DNA of 64,000 bases from Nitrospirota bacterium (GTDB taxonomy: Bacteria; Nitrospirota; UBA9217): contig CAVUHW010000008.1 of NCBI GenBank assembly GCA_963741205.1, forward strand, positions 32,001-96,000, read 5' to 3'. The notes beneath the pieces are model-generated. The model searched no databases. It saw nothing but the letters and a program-made list of their open reading frames with translations, and was not told where the DNA came from. The stretch's first letter is position 1, and each line of letters begins with the position of its first letter. The position numbers and the translations under genes were made by a program. Positions 1 to 10,331 of this stretch are shown here, piece by piece.

Positions 1-31
1 GATTCCCGCTCAGAATCATTGCGGGAATGAC
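1..31. repeat. Right half of GTCATTCC..GGAATCC/GGATTCC..GGAATGAC REP-like element (cut by window edge)
   Basis: gattcccgc-tcagaatcatt-gcgggaatgac hairpin; same termini as the other copies in the window. Confidence 0.75.
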
Positions 32-99
32 AATTCATAATGCTGTTATTATTTTGAGACTGTAAATATTTGGCTGGACCGAAGGAAGTGAAAGGGTAT

Positions 100-363
100 A
101 TGAAGGACGATCAGAAAAAAGCCTCGACACTCAGGTATCGGCGCGGGAAGGACAGCGCGCCCACGGTCGTTGCCAAGGGCAGGGGCTTGGTGGCCAAGAA
201 GATCATCTCCTTGGCCAGAAAAAACGGCGTCCCTATCCATGAGGACCGGAACCTGGTCGAAATCCTCTCCACGATCGGCCTCTACGAGGAGATCCCGACA
301 GAGCTCTACAAGGCCGTCGCGGAGACCCTCGCTTATATCCACAAGATGAGCGGCAAACTGTGA
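100..363 (+). CDS. FlhB C-terminal-like (EscU/YscU/HrcU family) small cytoplasmic protein
   Basis: APTVVAKGRGLVAKKII...GVPIHED..LVEIL...EIPTELYKAVAE motif; ATG at 100. Confidence 0.85.
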   Translation: MKDDQKKASTLRYRRGKDSAPTVVAKGRGLVAKKIISLARKNGVPIHEDRNLVEILSTIGLYEEIPTELYKAVAETLAYIHKMSGKL

Positions 364-375
364 AAGGACGTGCGG

Positions 376-2529
376 TCAAATAGTGAGGGAGGTCCTCTGT
401 TTTGCGTCGAGGATTCGCCGAACCACCGAGAGCAGGTACGGCGATTCAAACGGTTTCTTCAGAAACCCGTCGATTTCTCTTATCCCGTCCTTGTCAGCGA
501 CATATTTCTCATGTCCCGACATGGCGATAATTTTTACTTCAGGCCTTATCTCTTTTATCTTCTTGATGAGCTCCTTGCCGTCCATCACCGGCATGGCCAT
601 GTCCGTGATGACGAGCGCTATCTCCTGGGGTATTTTCTTGAAGATGTTGAGCGCCTCGGGGGAAACGCTTATGGCGAATGTCTTGTAGCCGTGACTGGTC
701 AGGGCGTCCTGGATCGCGTCCAGCATCTCTTTCTCATCGTCGACAATAAGCAGCGTCTCGTCTCCGCCCAAGGAAGCGGATGCGTCTTTCGCCGGCGCGA
801 GCGCGGCCGAGCGAGCGGGGAGGAATACCGTAAAGGTCGTCCCTTGACCGACCGTGCTCTGGACGGTGATATACCCATTATGCTCCTTGACCGTTCCATA
901 CACCATGGACAAACCGAGCCCCGTGCCCTTTCCCCGCTCTTTCGTCGTGAAAAACGGCTCAAAAATCTTGTTCACGATATCATCGGGGATTCCCGTCCCG
1001 GTATCGGCGACCGTGAGCCGGACGTATTCTCCCGGCGCGATGTAGTTCGGGTAGTGCAGGCCCTCCTTGATATCGACGACAACCGTTTTGATAGTGATTT
1101 TTCCGCCCTTCGGCATGGCATCCCGCGCGTTGATGATGAGGTTCATGACGATCTGCTCGATATGGTTGGTATCACCCTGGATGTGCGGAATATGGCTGTC
1201 GAGCTCTACGTTTATTTCGATTTTTTTATCGATGACCCGCTCGAGGAGCTTGATCGTATCATACACCACATCGTTAAGATTGAGCGAGACGATCTCAAAC
1301 TTGCTCTTGCGCGCAAAGCCCAGCAGTTTTGAGATCATCCTTCCCGCCCTTCGCGAAGCGTCTTCGATCACGCCGAGGCTGTTTGTCGCCTTTACATCCA
1401 GTACAGAGGTCCTGCGAATGATCTCCGCGTGGCCGAGGATGGCAGTCAGAATGTTATTGAAATCATGGGCGATGCCGCCAGCGAGGACGCCGATGGAATC
1501 CATCTTCTGCGACTGGAACACGTGCTCCTGGAGTCTCTTTCTCTCCGTAATATCGCGGTAAAAGGATTGGATGAACGGTTCATCGCCGATGGTAATCGCT
1601 TTCGCGCTGATCTCGAGCTCGATGGGGGTGCCGTCCTTTTTATTATGTCTGATTTCGAACACGAGGGATTCGCCGCCTAAAATCTTGCGCATCCTCTCCG
1701 CCATTTTTTCTTTGTCACTGTCGCCTTCGAGCAGCTTTATATGCGCACCGACCAATGCATCCCTGCTGAAACCATGCATCTCGCATGCCTTCTCATTCGC
1801 GTTCACGATGACGCCGTTCCTGTCAAGGACGACGATGCCGTCTGTTGCGTTTTCAAAAAGCGACCGGTGCCACTGCTCGGACTTGTTCAGTTCTTTTGTT
1901 CGCTCTGAAACGAGATCTTCAAGTTGCAGAGAGTATTTTTCAAGTTGCTCTTTGTCTCTAGACAGGTCATATTCGAGGGAAAGTTTTTTAGTAAAAAGCT
2001 CATCATTATAATATCTCCATGAAATGGCGATGATCGCTGTTGCTATTAAAAAGACGTTACTGTTAATAAAGACAGGAACATTGGTAATATTATCAATAAT
2101 TAAGATGGGTAGCAGGTAAATTGAATATATTAAGGCACCCATGAATACAGTAAATTCAATGGAAAAAAGAGGAAGAAATCCGAGACAAAACATAAAAACA
2201 ATAATCATACCCACATAATAACTGGATTGATGGCCTCCAAAAGAAAGTATCATTAACTCGACCATAATTGATACAATAAGACCGGCAAAAACACTGGCAC
2301 TCAGTATAAGATAATGATTTGTCGTTAATCTATTTATAACAAATATGATTATGAACAAAAAAGCTGTTATTGATCTGTACATTAAGAATTTAGAGAAATT
2401 TTCAGGAGTGACAAAATAATCTAATACACTTAATGACATGATAACGACAGCTCCGGAAGCAATTGCGAACGAGCCCCAGTACTGGAGTAATTTGGTGGTT
2501 TCTTGTTCTATATACTGTTTTTTATTCAT
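376..2529 (-). CDS. Membrane hybrid sensor histidine kinase (multi-TM input, PAS, HisKA, HATPase, REC)
   Basis: Hydrophobic N-terminal ~175 aa; PAS (LFENATDGIVVLD); H-box AGGIAHDFNNIL; FEPFFTTK..GTGLGL; receiver LIVDDE..ITDMAMP. Confidence 0.95.
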   Translation of the reverse strand: MNKKQYIEQETTKLLQYWGSFAIASGAVVIMSLSVLDYFVTPENFSKFLMYRSITAFLFIIIFVINRLTTNHYLILSASVFAGLIVSIMVELMILSFGGHQSSYYVGMIIVFMFCLGFLPLFSIEFTVFMGALIYSIYLLPILIIDNITNVPVFINSNVFLIATAIIAISWRYYNDELFTKKLSLEYDLSRDKEQLEKYSLQLEDLVSERTKELNKSEQWHRSLFENATDGIVVLDRNGVIVNANEKACEMHGFSRDALVGAHIKLLEGDSDKEKMAERMRKILGGESLVFEIRHNKKDGTPIELEISAKAITIGDEPFIQSFYRDITERKRLQEHVFQSQKMDSIGVLAGGIAHDFNNILTAILGHAEIIRRTSVLDVKATNSLGVIEDASRRAGRMISKLLGFARKSKFEIVSLNLNDVVYDTIKLLERVIDKKIEINVELDSHIPHIQGDTNHIEQIVMNLIINARDAMPKGGKITIKTVVVDIKEGLHYPNYIAPGEYVRLTVADTGTGIPDDIVNKIFEPFFTTKERGKGTGLGLSMVYGTVKEHNGYITVQSTVGQGTTFTVFLPARSAALAPAKDASASLGGDETLLIVDDEKEMLDAIQDALTSHGYKTFAISVSPEALNIFKKIPQEIALVITDMAMPVMDGKELIKKIKEIRPEVKIIAMSGHEKYVADKDGIREIDGFLKKPFESPYLLSVVRRILDAKQRTSLTI

Positions 2530-2559
2530 AGTATGAATTATAGCACAATTGTCTTAAAA

Positions 2560-2767
2560 AACCCTATTCATATTGCTGCCTTCACGACAACTTCGGAGTG
2601 GGCAGCGGCAATCCGTTACTTTAAAAGGAAGTACAGTAGTTTACCGGCTTAGAATGTTGCTCGGCAAGAAGGATCTTCATCCCTGCCTTTGCAAGATAAC
2701 AACTGCATACCAGATCGATTACGCCAGCTATAATCACAGCATTATAATATTCCTTCATTTTTAACAT
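2560..2767 (-). pseudogene. Decayed N-terminus of a phytoene-dehydrogenase-like FAD oxidoreductase
   Basis: Hand translation MLKMKEYYNAVIIAGVIDLVCSCYLAKAGMKILLAEQHSKPVNYCTSF*, then AAAHS in another frame; GxGxxG eroded; rest of gene absent. Confidence 0.65.
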
Positions 2768-3017
2768 TTACGATTTTTGATTCAATAAATTATTTACGAG
2801 CTCTACGGCCTCTTTCACAGTAGTAATTTTAGGGACATCCTCATCTCTCATTGAAACTTTAAATTTTTTTTCAATTGCAACGGTGATTTCAATCGCTTTA
2901 ATAGAGTCTACTTCCAAGATCCTCAAAAAAATTTTTTTCCGGAGTTATTTCATCTTCATCAAATCCCGATACATCGGATATTATTGCAATTATTGATTTT
3001 TCTACAGTATCCACCAT
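2768..3017 (-). CDS. Acyl carrier protein (one 1-nt frameshift near 2920)
   Basis: Hand translation MVDTVEKSIIAIISDVSGFDEDEITPEKNFFED/LEVDSIKAIEITVAIEKKFKVSMRDEDVPKITTVKEAV; DS phosphopantetheine motif; missed by the ORF track. Confidence 0.88.
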
Positions 3018-3036
3018 TGTTTACACTTTCATCTCC

Positions 3037-4256
3037 TTAGCCAGTATATTTTTTTAGAACCAGACAGGCATTATTGCCGCCAAACGCATACGAGTTATTT
3101 AATGCGATCGTGACTGCATGTTTTCTTGCATGATTGGGCACACAGTCAATATCACATTCAGGGTCAGGTGTTTCATAGTTGATAGTTGGAGGTATAATAT
3201 CATTTTTAATGGCAAGTGCGCAAGCGATTGCTTCGATTGCTGAAGCTGCGCCCATAGTGTGGCCGAGCATGGATTTAATGGAACTGCGGGAATCTTTTTA
3301 TAGTGAGTCCCAAAAATCTCTTTGATGGCAGCAGATTCGTTCCTATCATTCGTAAGCGTTCCTGTTCCGTGAGCACTTATATAATCTACATGCTCGACCG
3401 TAATCCCTGTCTCCTGAATTGCTTTTTTCATACATGCTGCGATACCTTCTGTGGAGGAAGTGGTCATGTGAAATGCATCACAACTAAGACCATACCCCAG
3501 AACCTCGGCGTAAATGTTACGCGTTTCTCTGTCAATGCACTTTCAAGAGGTTCAAGAACCACTATTCCTGCGCCTTCGGCCACCATCATCCCTTTTCTGT
3601 TTTTATCAAAAGGCTGGCACTTTTCAGGAGCACGGCAGAGAATTGATTAAACCCCGTGAAGGCAACCTTCGAAAGCGGATCTGCGCCGCCTGCCAGCACG
3701 ACATCTGCCCACCAAACCTGATTAAATCAAACCCATACCCTATTGCATAATTACCTGCTGCAGCAGGCAGTAGAAAACATCATATTGGACCGCAAATGCC
3801 AAATTCCTTGGCGATTGCAGGAGGGGTTGAGTGTGTCGGTACCTGGCATAATAAATCATTATGCTGAAATCGTCTCTTTCTTCGTGTACAATGATTTCAT
3901 TAACTTATTTCACAGGACTGCACTGATCCCATAGTCGTTCCAACACAGGTAGCCAACCTTCATGTTTGAAATTTCATCTTTTGATAGTTGGGCATCTCTA
4001 ATTGCAAGCTTTGAGCCGCAAGTGCCATCTGTGATGCTCGGCTAAGGGATTTAAGTTTATCCTCTCGGAATAAAGTGTTCAGCCTTGAAATTTTTAACCT
4101 CGTCCACCGTTATGAGTAAAATGATTTGTCGTATCAAAAGATGACACTGGGCTTATTCCTGATTTGCCTTTAAGAAGGCCATCCCAGAATTCTTCCTTAC
4201 CGATACCAATGGATGATATGATCCCAAGTCCTGTTATGACTACTCGTCTTATTCAT
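3037..4256 (-). CDS. Beta-ketoacyl-ACP synthase (FabF-like KS), catalytic triad intact, multiple frameshifts
   Basis: [16 protein letters not shown] start; [29 protein letters not shown] motifs across frames. Confidence 0.88.
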
Positions 4257-4690
4257 CTCTTACACTAAATACAAGCTCTGCCTCTGCTATTTTTTTGTCG
4301 TCGACAAATGCCTCGCCCGACACATAGGCGCCGTTCGGCAGGGATTTGACATTTTCAACCTTTATCTTCAACTGGTCACCTGGTACCGCAGGGTGAAGAA
4401 ATCGCGCCTTGACCGATCCAAAATAATAAATCTGCTTTTTGTCTCCTTCTGTCTTTTTTTCTTACGTTGCAAAAAGGACGATGGCAGTCTGTGCCATTGC
4501 CTCGATTATGAAAGCACCGGGCATAACGGCCTTTTCAGGGAAATGGCCAAGGAAGACCATATCATTCCCTGAAATATTCTTCACTGCAACTGCGTGTTTC
4601 CCGGGTTCAATTTCCAAGACCCTGTCGATCATGATGAAGGGAAAACGCTGGGGAATGAGTCTTTTTTATTTCTTCGAAGTCAAGCTGCAT
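4249..4690 (-). CDS. fabZ: 3-hydroxyacyl-ACP dehydratase (FabZ-like), frameshifted
   Basis: [19 protein letters not shown]...[20 protein letters not shown] read by hand. Confidence 0.85.
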
Positions 4691-5934
4691 TCGTCACCTT
4701 TGTAGACGCCTACAACAACGGCTGTGTTCTGACCGTATGGGTCAGTTGAAGTTACGAGTACGTTCTTTACTGCTTTTTTGTCTCGCTTCATTCCGGGACA
4801 TAATCGAGATCGCACTCGGGGTCTCTTTCCTTATAGTTTACCGTGGGAGATATTAATCCATTCTGTAGTGCACCTACCCCAGCTGATAGGGAAAGAGCGC
4901 CGGAAGCTGAAAACGACTCGCCTACCATGGATTTTATCGAACTCACCGGGTACCGTGTAGGCATGCTTTCCGAAAATCTCTTTTATCACCTTTGTCTCCA
5001 TCCGGTCAAGACCGCTAGTCGAATTGGCACAGGCACAGATATAGTCTATGTCTTCCGGATTGAGAGAGGCGTCTTTTAATGCAAGGATAATGGCGTTCTT
5101 TAATCCTTGTCCTGCATGATTGAAGTGGTTTCCGGCAGAAGGATCAAAAGCATTGCCATATCCCAGAACCCTTGCAAGAATGGTGGCGCCTCTGTTTACA
5201 TGCATGATCCTCATCTTCAAGTACCAGCACTGCCGCGCCTTCAGAAAGCATTATTCCGTTCCTTCTTGCATCAAAGGGGCAGCAAATAGGCTCTGAGCTG
5301 TCCGTCCCCGATAAAAAACCAAGCTTATGAAAGCCCAAAAAAGTCTCCTCGCAAAGCTCTTCAACACCGCCTGCAAGTACAACATTCGCCCTGTTTAATC
5401 GTATGAAATCAGCAGCATAGGAGACGGCATCAAGGCTGGCGCAGAAGCCTGTGGATATGGTGGTATTGAACCCTTTGATCTTGATCGGATGGACACATGG
5501 CTTGCTGGAGAATTTATCACGGTGTTCGGAAAGTGCGAGGGATTGACAGAGCCGCGGACCTTCGATAAGGCCAGAGCGGTCAAATTGGGAGATGCTGTGG
5601 AGACTGCCGAAGGTCGTGCCGATAGAGACGCCTGTAGAATGGGCGTTTTCGTCGGTGATCTCGAGCCTGGCGTCATCAATGGCCAGTTTAGCGGCGGAGC
5701 ATATCAACCTTGTGCTTCTGTCGAGGTCCCGCAGCCCTTTCTTGCCGAGCAGAGAAAGAGGATCAAAGTCGACTATCTCGCCGGCGCGATGGACTTGAAA
5801 GGGCGTTGTATCGAAGAGGGATATTTCTCCAGAATCCCGTTTTCCCCTGGAATAGACCCGTCCCAGTAGTTATCCCTGCCGATACCGATGGGCGATAAGA
5901 CCCCTATGCCTGAGATTACGACCTTTCTCTGCAT
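4680..5934 (-). CDS. Ketosynthase-fold protein lacking catalytic residues (chain-length-factor-like), frameshifted; 3' end approximate
   Basis: RKVVISGIGVLSPIGIG start; STGFCASL in place of STAC, ICACANST in place of AHGTGT, VGESFS in place of GHxxG. Confidence 0.8.
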
Positions 5935-5940
5935 CGTCGT

Positions 5941-6694
5941 TTAGATCCCCAATCCTCCGTCTATCTGTATTACTTGTCCCGTGATGTACTGCGATGCATC
6001 GCTCGCCAGGAATACGACAGCCTGCGCCACTTCATCCGCGGATGCCGAATCTTCCAAGCGGGATCATTTTCATGGCTTTTTCCCTGAAGGTGTCGCTGAA
6101 GGCCGCTGTCATATCAGTGTCCACAAAACCGGGAGCGACGGCATTGACTCTGATGTTATACGGCGCCACTTCTTTTGCCAGCGACTTGGTAAAGCCGATT
6201 ACTCCGGCCTTTGCCGCCGCGTAATTGACCTGGCCGGGGAGGGGATGGATGCCGCTGACCGACGAGATATTGACAATGATTCCGCTCTTTTGCTTGAGAA
6301 AGGTGATGATGCATGCGCGGGTTGTATTGAAAACGCCGGTGAGATCGGTATCTATTACGTCGGACCAATCCTCTTTGCTCATCATCATAAGGGACTTGTC
6401 CCGCGTTATGCCGGCGTTATTGACGAGGATATCGAGCCGTCCGAATTCCTTTTTTACCTCTTCAATGAGCGTCTTTGCGCCCTCAAAATCCCTCACATCC
6501 AGTTGAAAAGGTGTTGCCCTCCTGCCCATTCCCTGAACTTCTTTTGCCAGCGATTCCGCTGCAGAAGGGTTTCTCGTATACGTGAATGCGCAGTCAGCGC
6601 CTTCACGACACAGGGCAAGAACGATCGAGCGGCCTATGCCCCTCGTCCCACCCGTTACGATCGCCACCTTATTGAGAAATAAATTTTTCTCCAT
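5941..6694 (-). CDS. fabG: 3-oxoacyl-ACP reductase (FabG-like), frameshift near 6035
   Basis: TGGTRGIG, NNAGITRD, YAAAK, C-terminal ITGQVIQIDGG in shifted frame. Confidence 0.92.
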
Positions 6695-7004
6695 GCTTTA
6701 AGCGTTCAATTTAACATAGCCTTGAACAGTAATCAAGAGTAATCACGTCAGGGGATGGGAATTACACGATGGGATGAGCAAAATCTTGCAAGCTGCATCG
6801 TTGCGTAGTGAATCACTGGATGCATAAAAAGATCACTACAGCGGGTGCAGGATTAGCACAGATAGTTTGATCGCAGCATGACCATATACGTGCGCAGGGT
6901 CAATTATGCGTACTTCCGGATTACCGCCTTGAGTGGTCTGGCTGGCTCAGGGTTATGGGGTCGAATGAGGGCAGGGTGTCATTAGCAAAGTTCAGTGCAT
7001 TCTC

Positions 7005-8056
7005 TTAATGCTTCGTTGCAATATAAAAAATTATCGAACCCGATTTTACTCGGGTCATTGTAATGCGCTGCTGGGGATTTCAGCGCGACGGAACAATCTT
7101 TCAAAATCATCATCAGTACGCTGCAAGAAACCATCCCAGTCAGCGAACCAGTGATAAAGTTGCGACCGGTAACGGTTTGCATCCTTGAAAGCCGCTATGA
7201 GCTTTCCGCCAGGGTTAAGCAGCATATAGAGGGTACTGAGCAGTTTCACGAGGAAATCATCGGCCAAGTAATCGAAGTATCCAACACTGTAAATGATATC
7301 CTGCATGCCGAATGCAGACACGGCGGTCTCGTAGTCGAACATTCTGAGGGCATTATATTGAATGAATTCTGCACGGTCTGCCGAGAGGCCGGCATATGAT
7401 AAACGATTGAGAGCGAAATCAAGGGCGTCGGAGTCTAAATCGATGCATTTGAAGTGGGCCCCGGACTTTTCAATTTCTGGTACTATTTCATGCAGCTCAC
7501 GGCATGAGCCGCAGGCGATGTCGAGGACTTTCGGATATTGTCTGTTAATCAGCTCTGTTTTCAGCAGCTCAGCCAGTTTTCGCATTCTTTCTCGCACCCC
7601 TACCGCAAGGGTTGCAGAAAGCACATATTTATCGAGATAATATCCTATCCCCTCCGACATCGGCGTATTTCTGTACATGAATTCTATTGTTTTATAATCT
7701 CCCTGGTATCCTTGAGGCCAAGTCCGGACCCGATTTGCACCGTAGCTTTTGGATACAATAGGTTCCGTCTTATCACGAAAGGCCACCTGTGCCGCCTTGA
7801 TTGCAGCCTTGTCATTTACCAACTTCTCAAATTGCTCGCATACCTGGAGCATCGAGTCATTCAGGACCGTAAGCTCCTGAAAGATGCTCTCGGGATCTCC
7901 TTCCTTGCTTATGCACCTTCGTTCAATGTCCCTGAGCGTATCCATATAGTGATCGGTCGTCGCTTCAAGGTAGCTGATATACTTCTCGCTCTCCTCGCTG
8001 ACGAGCAACGCATTTTCATTGATTTCTTCGTTATCATAACCCCAAGAATTTTGCAT
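7005..8056 (-). CDS. Class I SAM-dependent methyltransferase, PhcB-like (hydroxy-fatty-acid methyl ester synthase-like); frameshift near 7060
   Basis: WPQGYQGDYKTIEFMYRN..AVGVRER..VLDIACGSCRE..DIIYSVGYFDYL..LNPGG; PxGYxGD/YSxGxFDYL pattern recalled from PhcB-type proteins. Confidence 0.7.
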
Positions 8057-8407
8057 GACCCACCCTCCTGGACATTTTGCGTATTGTCAAAAGCCGCGAC
8101 AGCGATCACAGGAAAATCTTGTAATATTCAACTTTTTCACGTCATAGATTATCGTATCTACAAAGTTCTGTCAATATTTTTATAAAAAAGGATGTACGAT
8201 CTAAGTTGTATATATGCAGTTTTTTGCACCTTGATTGGAATCTGGAAATGGTGGTTTTTAAGACGATTCTACGACCTGGTTATATAATACGAATACGAGA
8301 GAGGGAAGTAACAGTTGCGACAATTCGCATCCCCATTTCACAATGCGATGGGATCCTGCTAATGCAAAGTAGCGTTGTAGGAATCGTGTGGTTAAGAAAA
8401 AGTGACA

Positions 8408-8944
8408 TCATTTTCTCTTGTAAAGTCCGATCAACTCGTTTTGAGCAACAATGTGCCCCTTCATTGCTTTTTCAAGCGCAGCCTTTGTTGTGTTCGCGCC
8501 GGGAGTGAGAGTAGCGTCGAGCGCATAAAGTTTAAAGTAATATCGGTGAGTGCCGGATGGGGGGCAGGGGCCGCCATAGTTGCGGTTCCTGAAGTCATTA
8601 ATGCCCTGTTGGGCCCCTGAAGGAACGGAATTTTCCTTGATAGTAGTAACCATGGGATCAATGTTCCAGACCACCCAATGCACCCACGTTCCCGCCGGCG
8701 CGTCCGGATCGTCGACGATCAGGGCAAGCGACTTTGCGTTTGCCGGAACGTTTTCGATGGCAAGGGCGGGGTTTACGTCCGCTCCATCGCAGGTAAACTT
8801 GGCCGGAATGTGCTCATTGTGTTTAAAGTTTGGGCTTGATATCTTCATCGTACTCATTTCACTAGCCTCCGTTCGAATGGGATGAAATGCGAGGGTGATG
8901 AATACAAACAAAAATGCCGTACTCCTCGTTATCCGCACGCACAA
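8408..8944 (-). CDS. YbhB/YbcL family PEBP (Raf kinase inhibitor-like) protein
   Basis: DDPDAPAGTWVHWVVWNI, YGGPCPPSGTHRYYFKLYALD. Confidence 0.93.
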   Translation of the reverse strand: MCVRITRSTAFLFVFITLAFHPIRTEASEMSTMKISSPNFKHNEHIPAKFTCDGADVNPALAIENVPANAKSLALIVDDPDAPAGTWVHWVVWNIDPMVTTIKENSVPSGAQQGINDFRNRNYGGPCPPSGTHRYYFKLYALDATLTPGANTTKAALEKAMKGHIVAQNELIGLYKRK

Positions 8945-9203
8945 TCCTCCGCTCAGGTTTTTCTATTAAGAATGATACCACAACTTCACGGCGCATGAGG
9001 ACCGTTAACCGGCCGCGCTGAAAATGAGGAGGGGATCGCAGGAAAACAATAAAACGAGTATACTAAATGGTATCCCGGCGCGTTCAACCATGCTGTCGTC
9101 CGCCGTGTCTCATGGTTATGCCGTCCTGCGGCGCGGAAGAGGGGGTGAAAAAAAGACAGTCCCGCGGACATTAAATTTATCCGGTTGCGAAAGGAGAGCA
9201 TCG

Positions 9204-9611
9204 ATGAGAAAAGCAAATGGAGGGAGAAGCAAGAGTATCAGATGGTCTGTTGTTTTGGTCGCGACCGCCGGTCTGGTCCTGTGGGCTTCCGCCGATATCT
9301 TCGCACAGGGGCGCGGGCCGTGCGCTGAAGACGCGGCCAAATACTGCAAGGATGTTCAGCCTGGCGGAGGCCGCATGGCACAGTGCCTGAAAGAGCACGA
9401 GAACGAGCTGTCCGCCGCCTGCAAGGAGCACATCGCGCAGATGAAGCAGAAGGGAAAGGAGATCCATGAGGCCTGCCAGGACGATGCCTTGAAGCTCTGC
9501 AAGGATGTGAAGCCGGGCGGTGGTAGGATCCTCAAGTGTCTCAAGGAACATGAGAGCGAGCTTTCCCCCGCGTGCAAGGAAAAGCTGCCGAAGGGTAGAA
9601 AGGGACAGTAA
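9204..9611 (+). CDS. Exported cysteine-rich repeat protein (two C-x6-C..GGGR...CLKEH..ELS..C repeats)
   Basis: Signal peptide-like N-terminus; internal tandem repeat; RBS aggag. Confidence 0.8.
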   Translation: MRKANGGRSKSIRWSVVLVATAGLVLWASADIFAQGRGPCAEDAAKYCKDVQPGGGRMAQCLKEHENELSAACKEHIAQMKQKGKEIHEACQDDALKLCKDVKPGGGRILKCLKEHESELSPACKEKLPKGRKGQ

Positions 9612-9701
9612 CGGCGCACTGTAGCCGGGCAGGGGAGATCGGTGTGATCATTGAGGGGCGGAGTGAATCAGGACCCAAGTGATTGAGATTGACAAAAGGC
9701 G

Positions 9702-9741
9702 TGCAAATGCAGGTCTGGATATCTCCGGGCCTGCATTTGTA
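9702..9741. terminator. Hairpin between convergent genes (probable terminator)
   Basis: tgcaaatgcaggtctgga-tatc-tccgggcctgcatttgta. Confidence 0.6.
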
Positions 9742-9752
9742 GACGGCCGCCG

Positions 9753-9962
9753 TTACGTTGATGTCTTTACCACATGCGCTGCCTTCGGGCCTTTGGGGCT
9801 ATCGACAACCTCGAACGTCACTTCGTCGCCCTCGGCCAAGGTCTTGTAGCCTTCACTCTCGATCTCGCTGTAGTGCACGAAGACATCTCCGCCGTCTTCC
9901 TTTGCAATGAACCCGAAGCCTTTGGACTCATTGAACCATTTGACTTTTCCTCTTGTTGCCAT
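9753..9962 (-). CDS. Cold-shock protein (Csp family)
   Basis: [25 protein letters not shown]1/RNP2 motifs. Confidence 0.96.
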   Translation of the reverse strand: MATRGKVKWFNESKGFGFIAKEDGGDVFVHYSEIESEGYKTLAEGDEVTFEVVDSPKGPKAAHVVKTST

Positions 9963-10245
9963 GCTACGCGCCTCCTTTCCGTGGAATTGAAGATTACGGA
10001 AATGCCGCAACAAAAAAGCCGCGAAGCTACAGAGTCTTCGCGGCCTTTCGTACTGCAAAAAACTTCCGAACTTCTAATAATATGTTCACACTCCGGCCCT
10101 ATGAAGTCAAGGGCTAATTGACGCTGTGCAGTGCCCCTCCGCAACAGATATCAATGCATGCGCTCCATGGCCTTCTGCTTCATCCTCCTCCTCTTGTCCC
10201 GGATCAAACGACAGTTGTTCGCACAAAACGGGCGGATTTGTTTCC

Positions 10246-10275
10246 TTGACAAGTGAACAAATGTTCACCTATAAT
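10246..10275 (+). promoter_or_regulatory. Sigma70 promoter with LexA (SOS) box in the spacer
   Basis: TTGACA(10246)-18 bp-TATAAT(10270); palindrome gtGAAC-aaat-GTTCac at 10253-10268. Confidence 0.85.
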
Positions 10276-10331
10276 ATGTTCATCCGGAAAGCGCGCCTAA
10301 AGGTCCGATCCGGCAAGAAAAGAGGCGTGCC

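Noticed and set aside
370-1332. Long antisense ORFs (also 30030-31499, 32664-33980, 42824-43849, 53353-54378, 63268-63933)
   Set aside because: Shadow frames of well-supported opposite-strand genes in GC-rich DNA.
2768-6694. Housekeeping fatty-acid synthesis operon
   Set aside because: No fabD/fabH/plsX context, divergent ACP and a catalytically dead KS indicate a specialised pathway.
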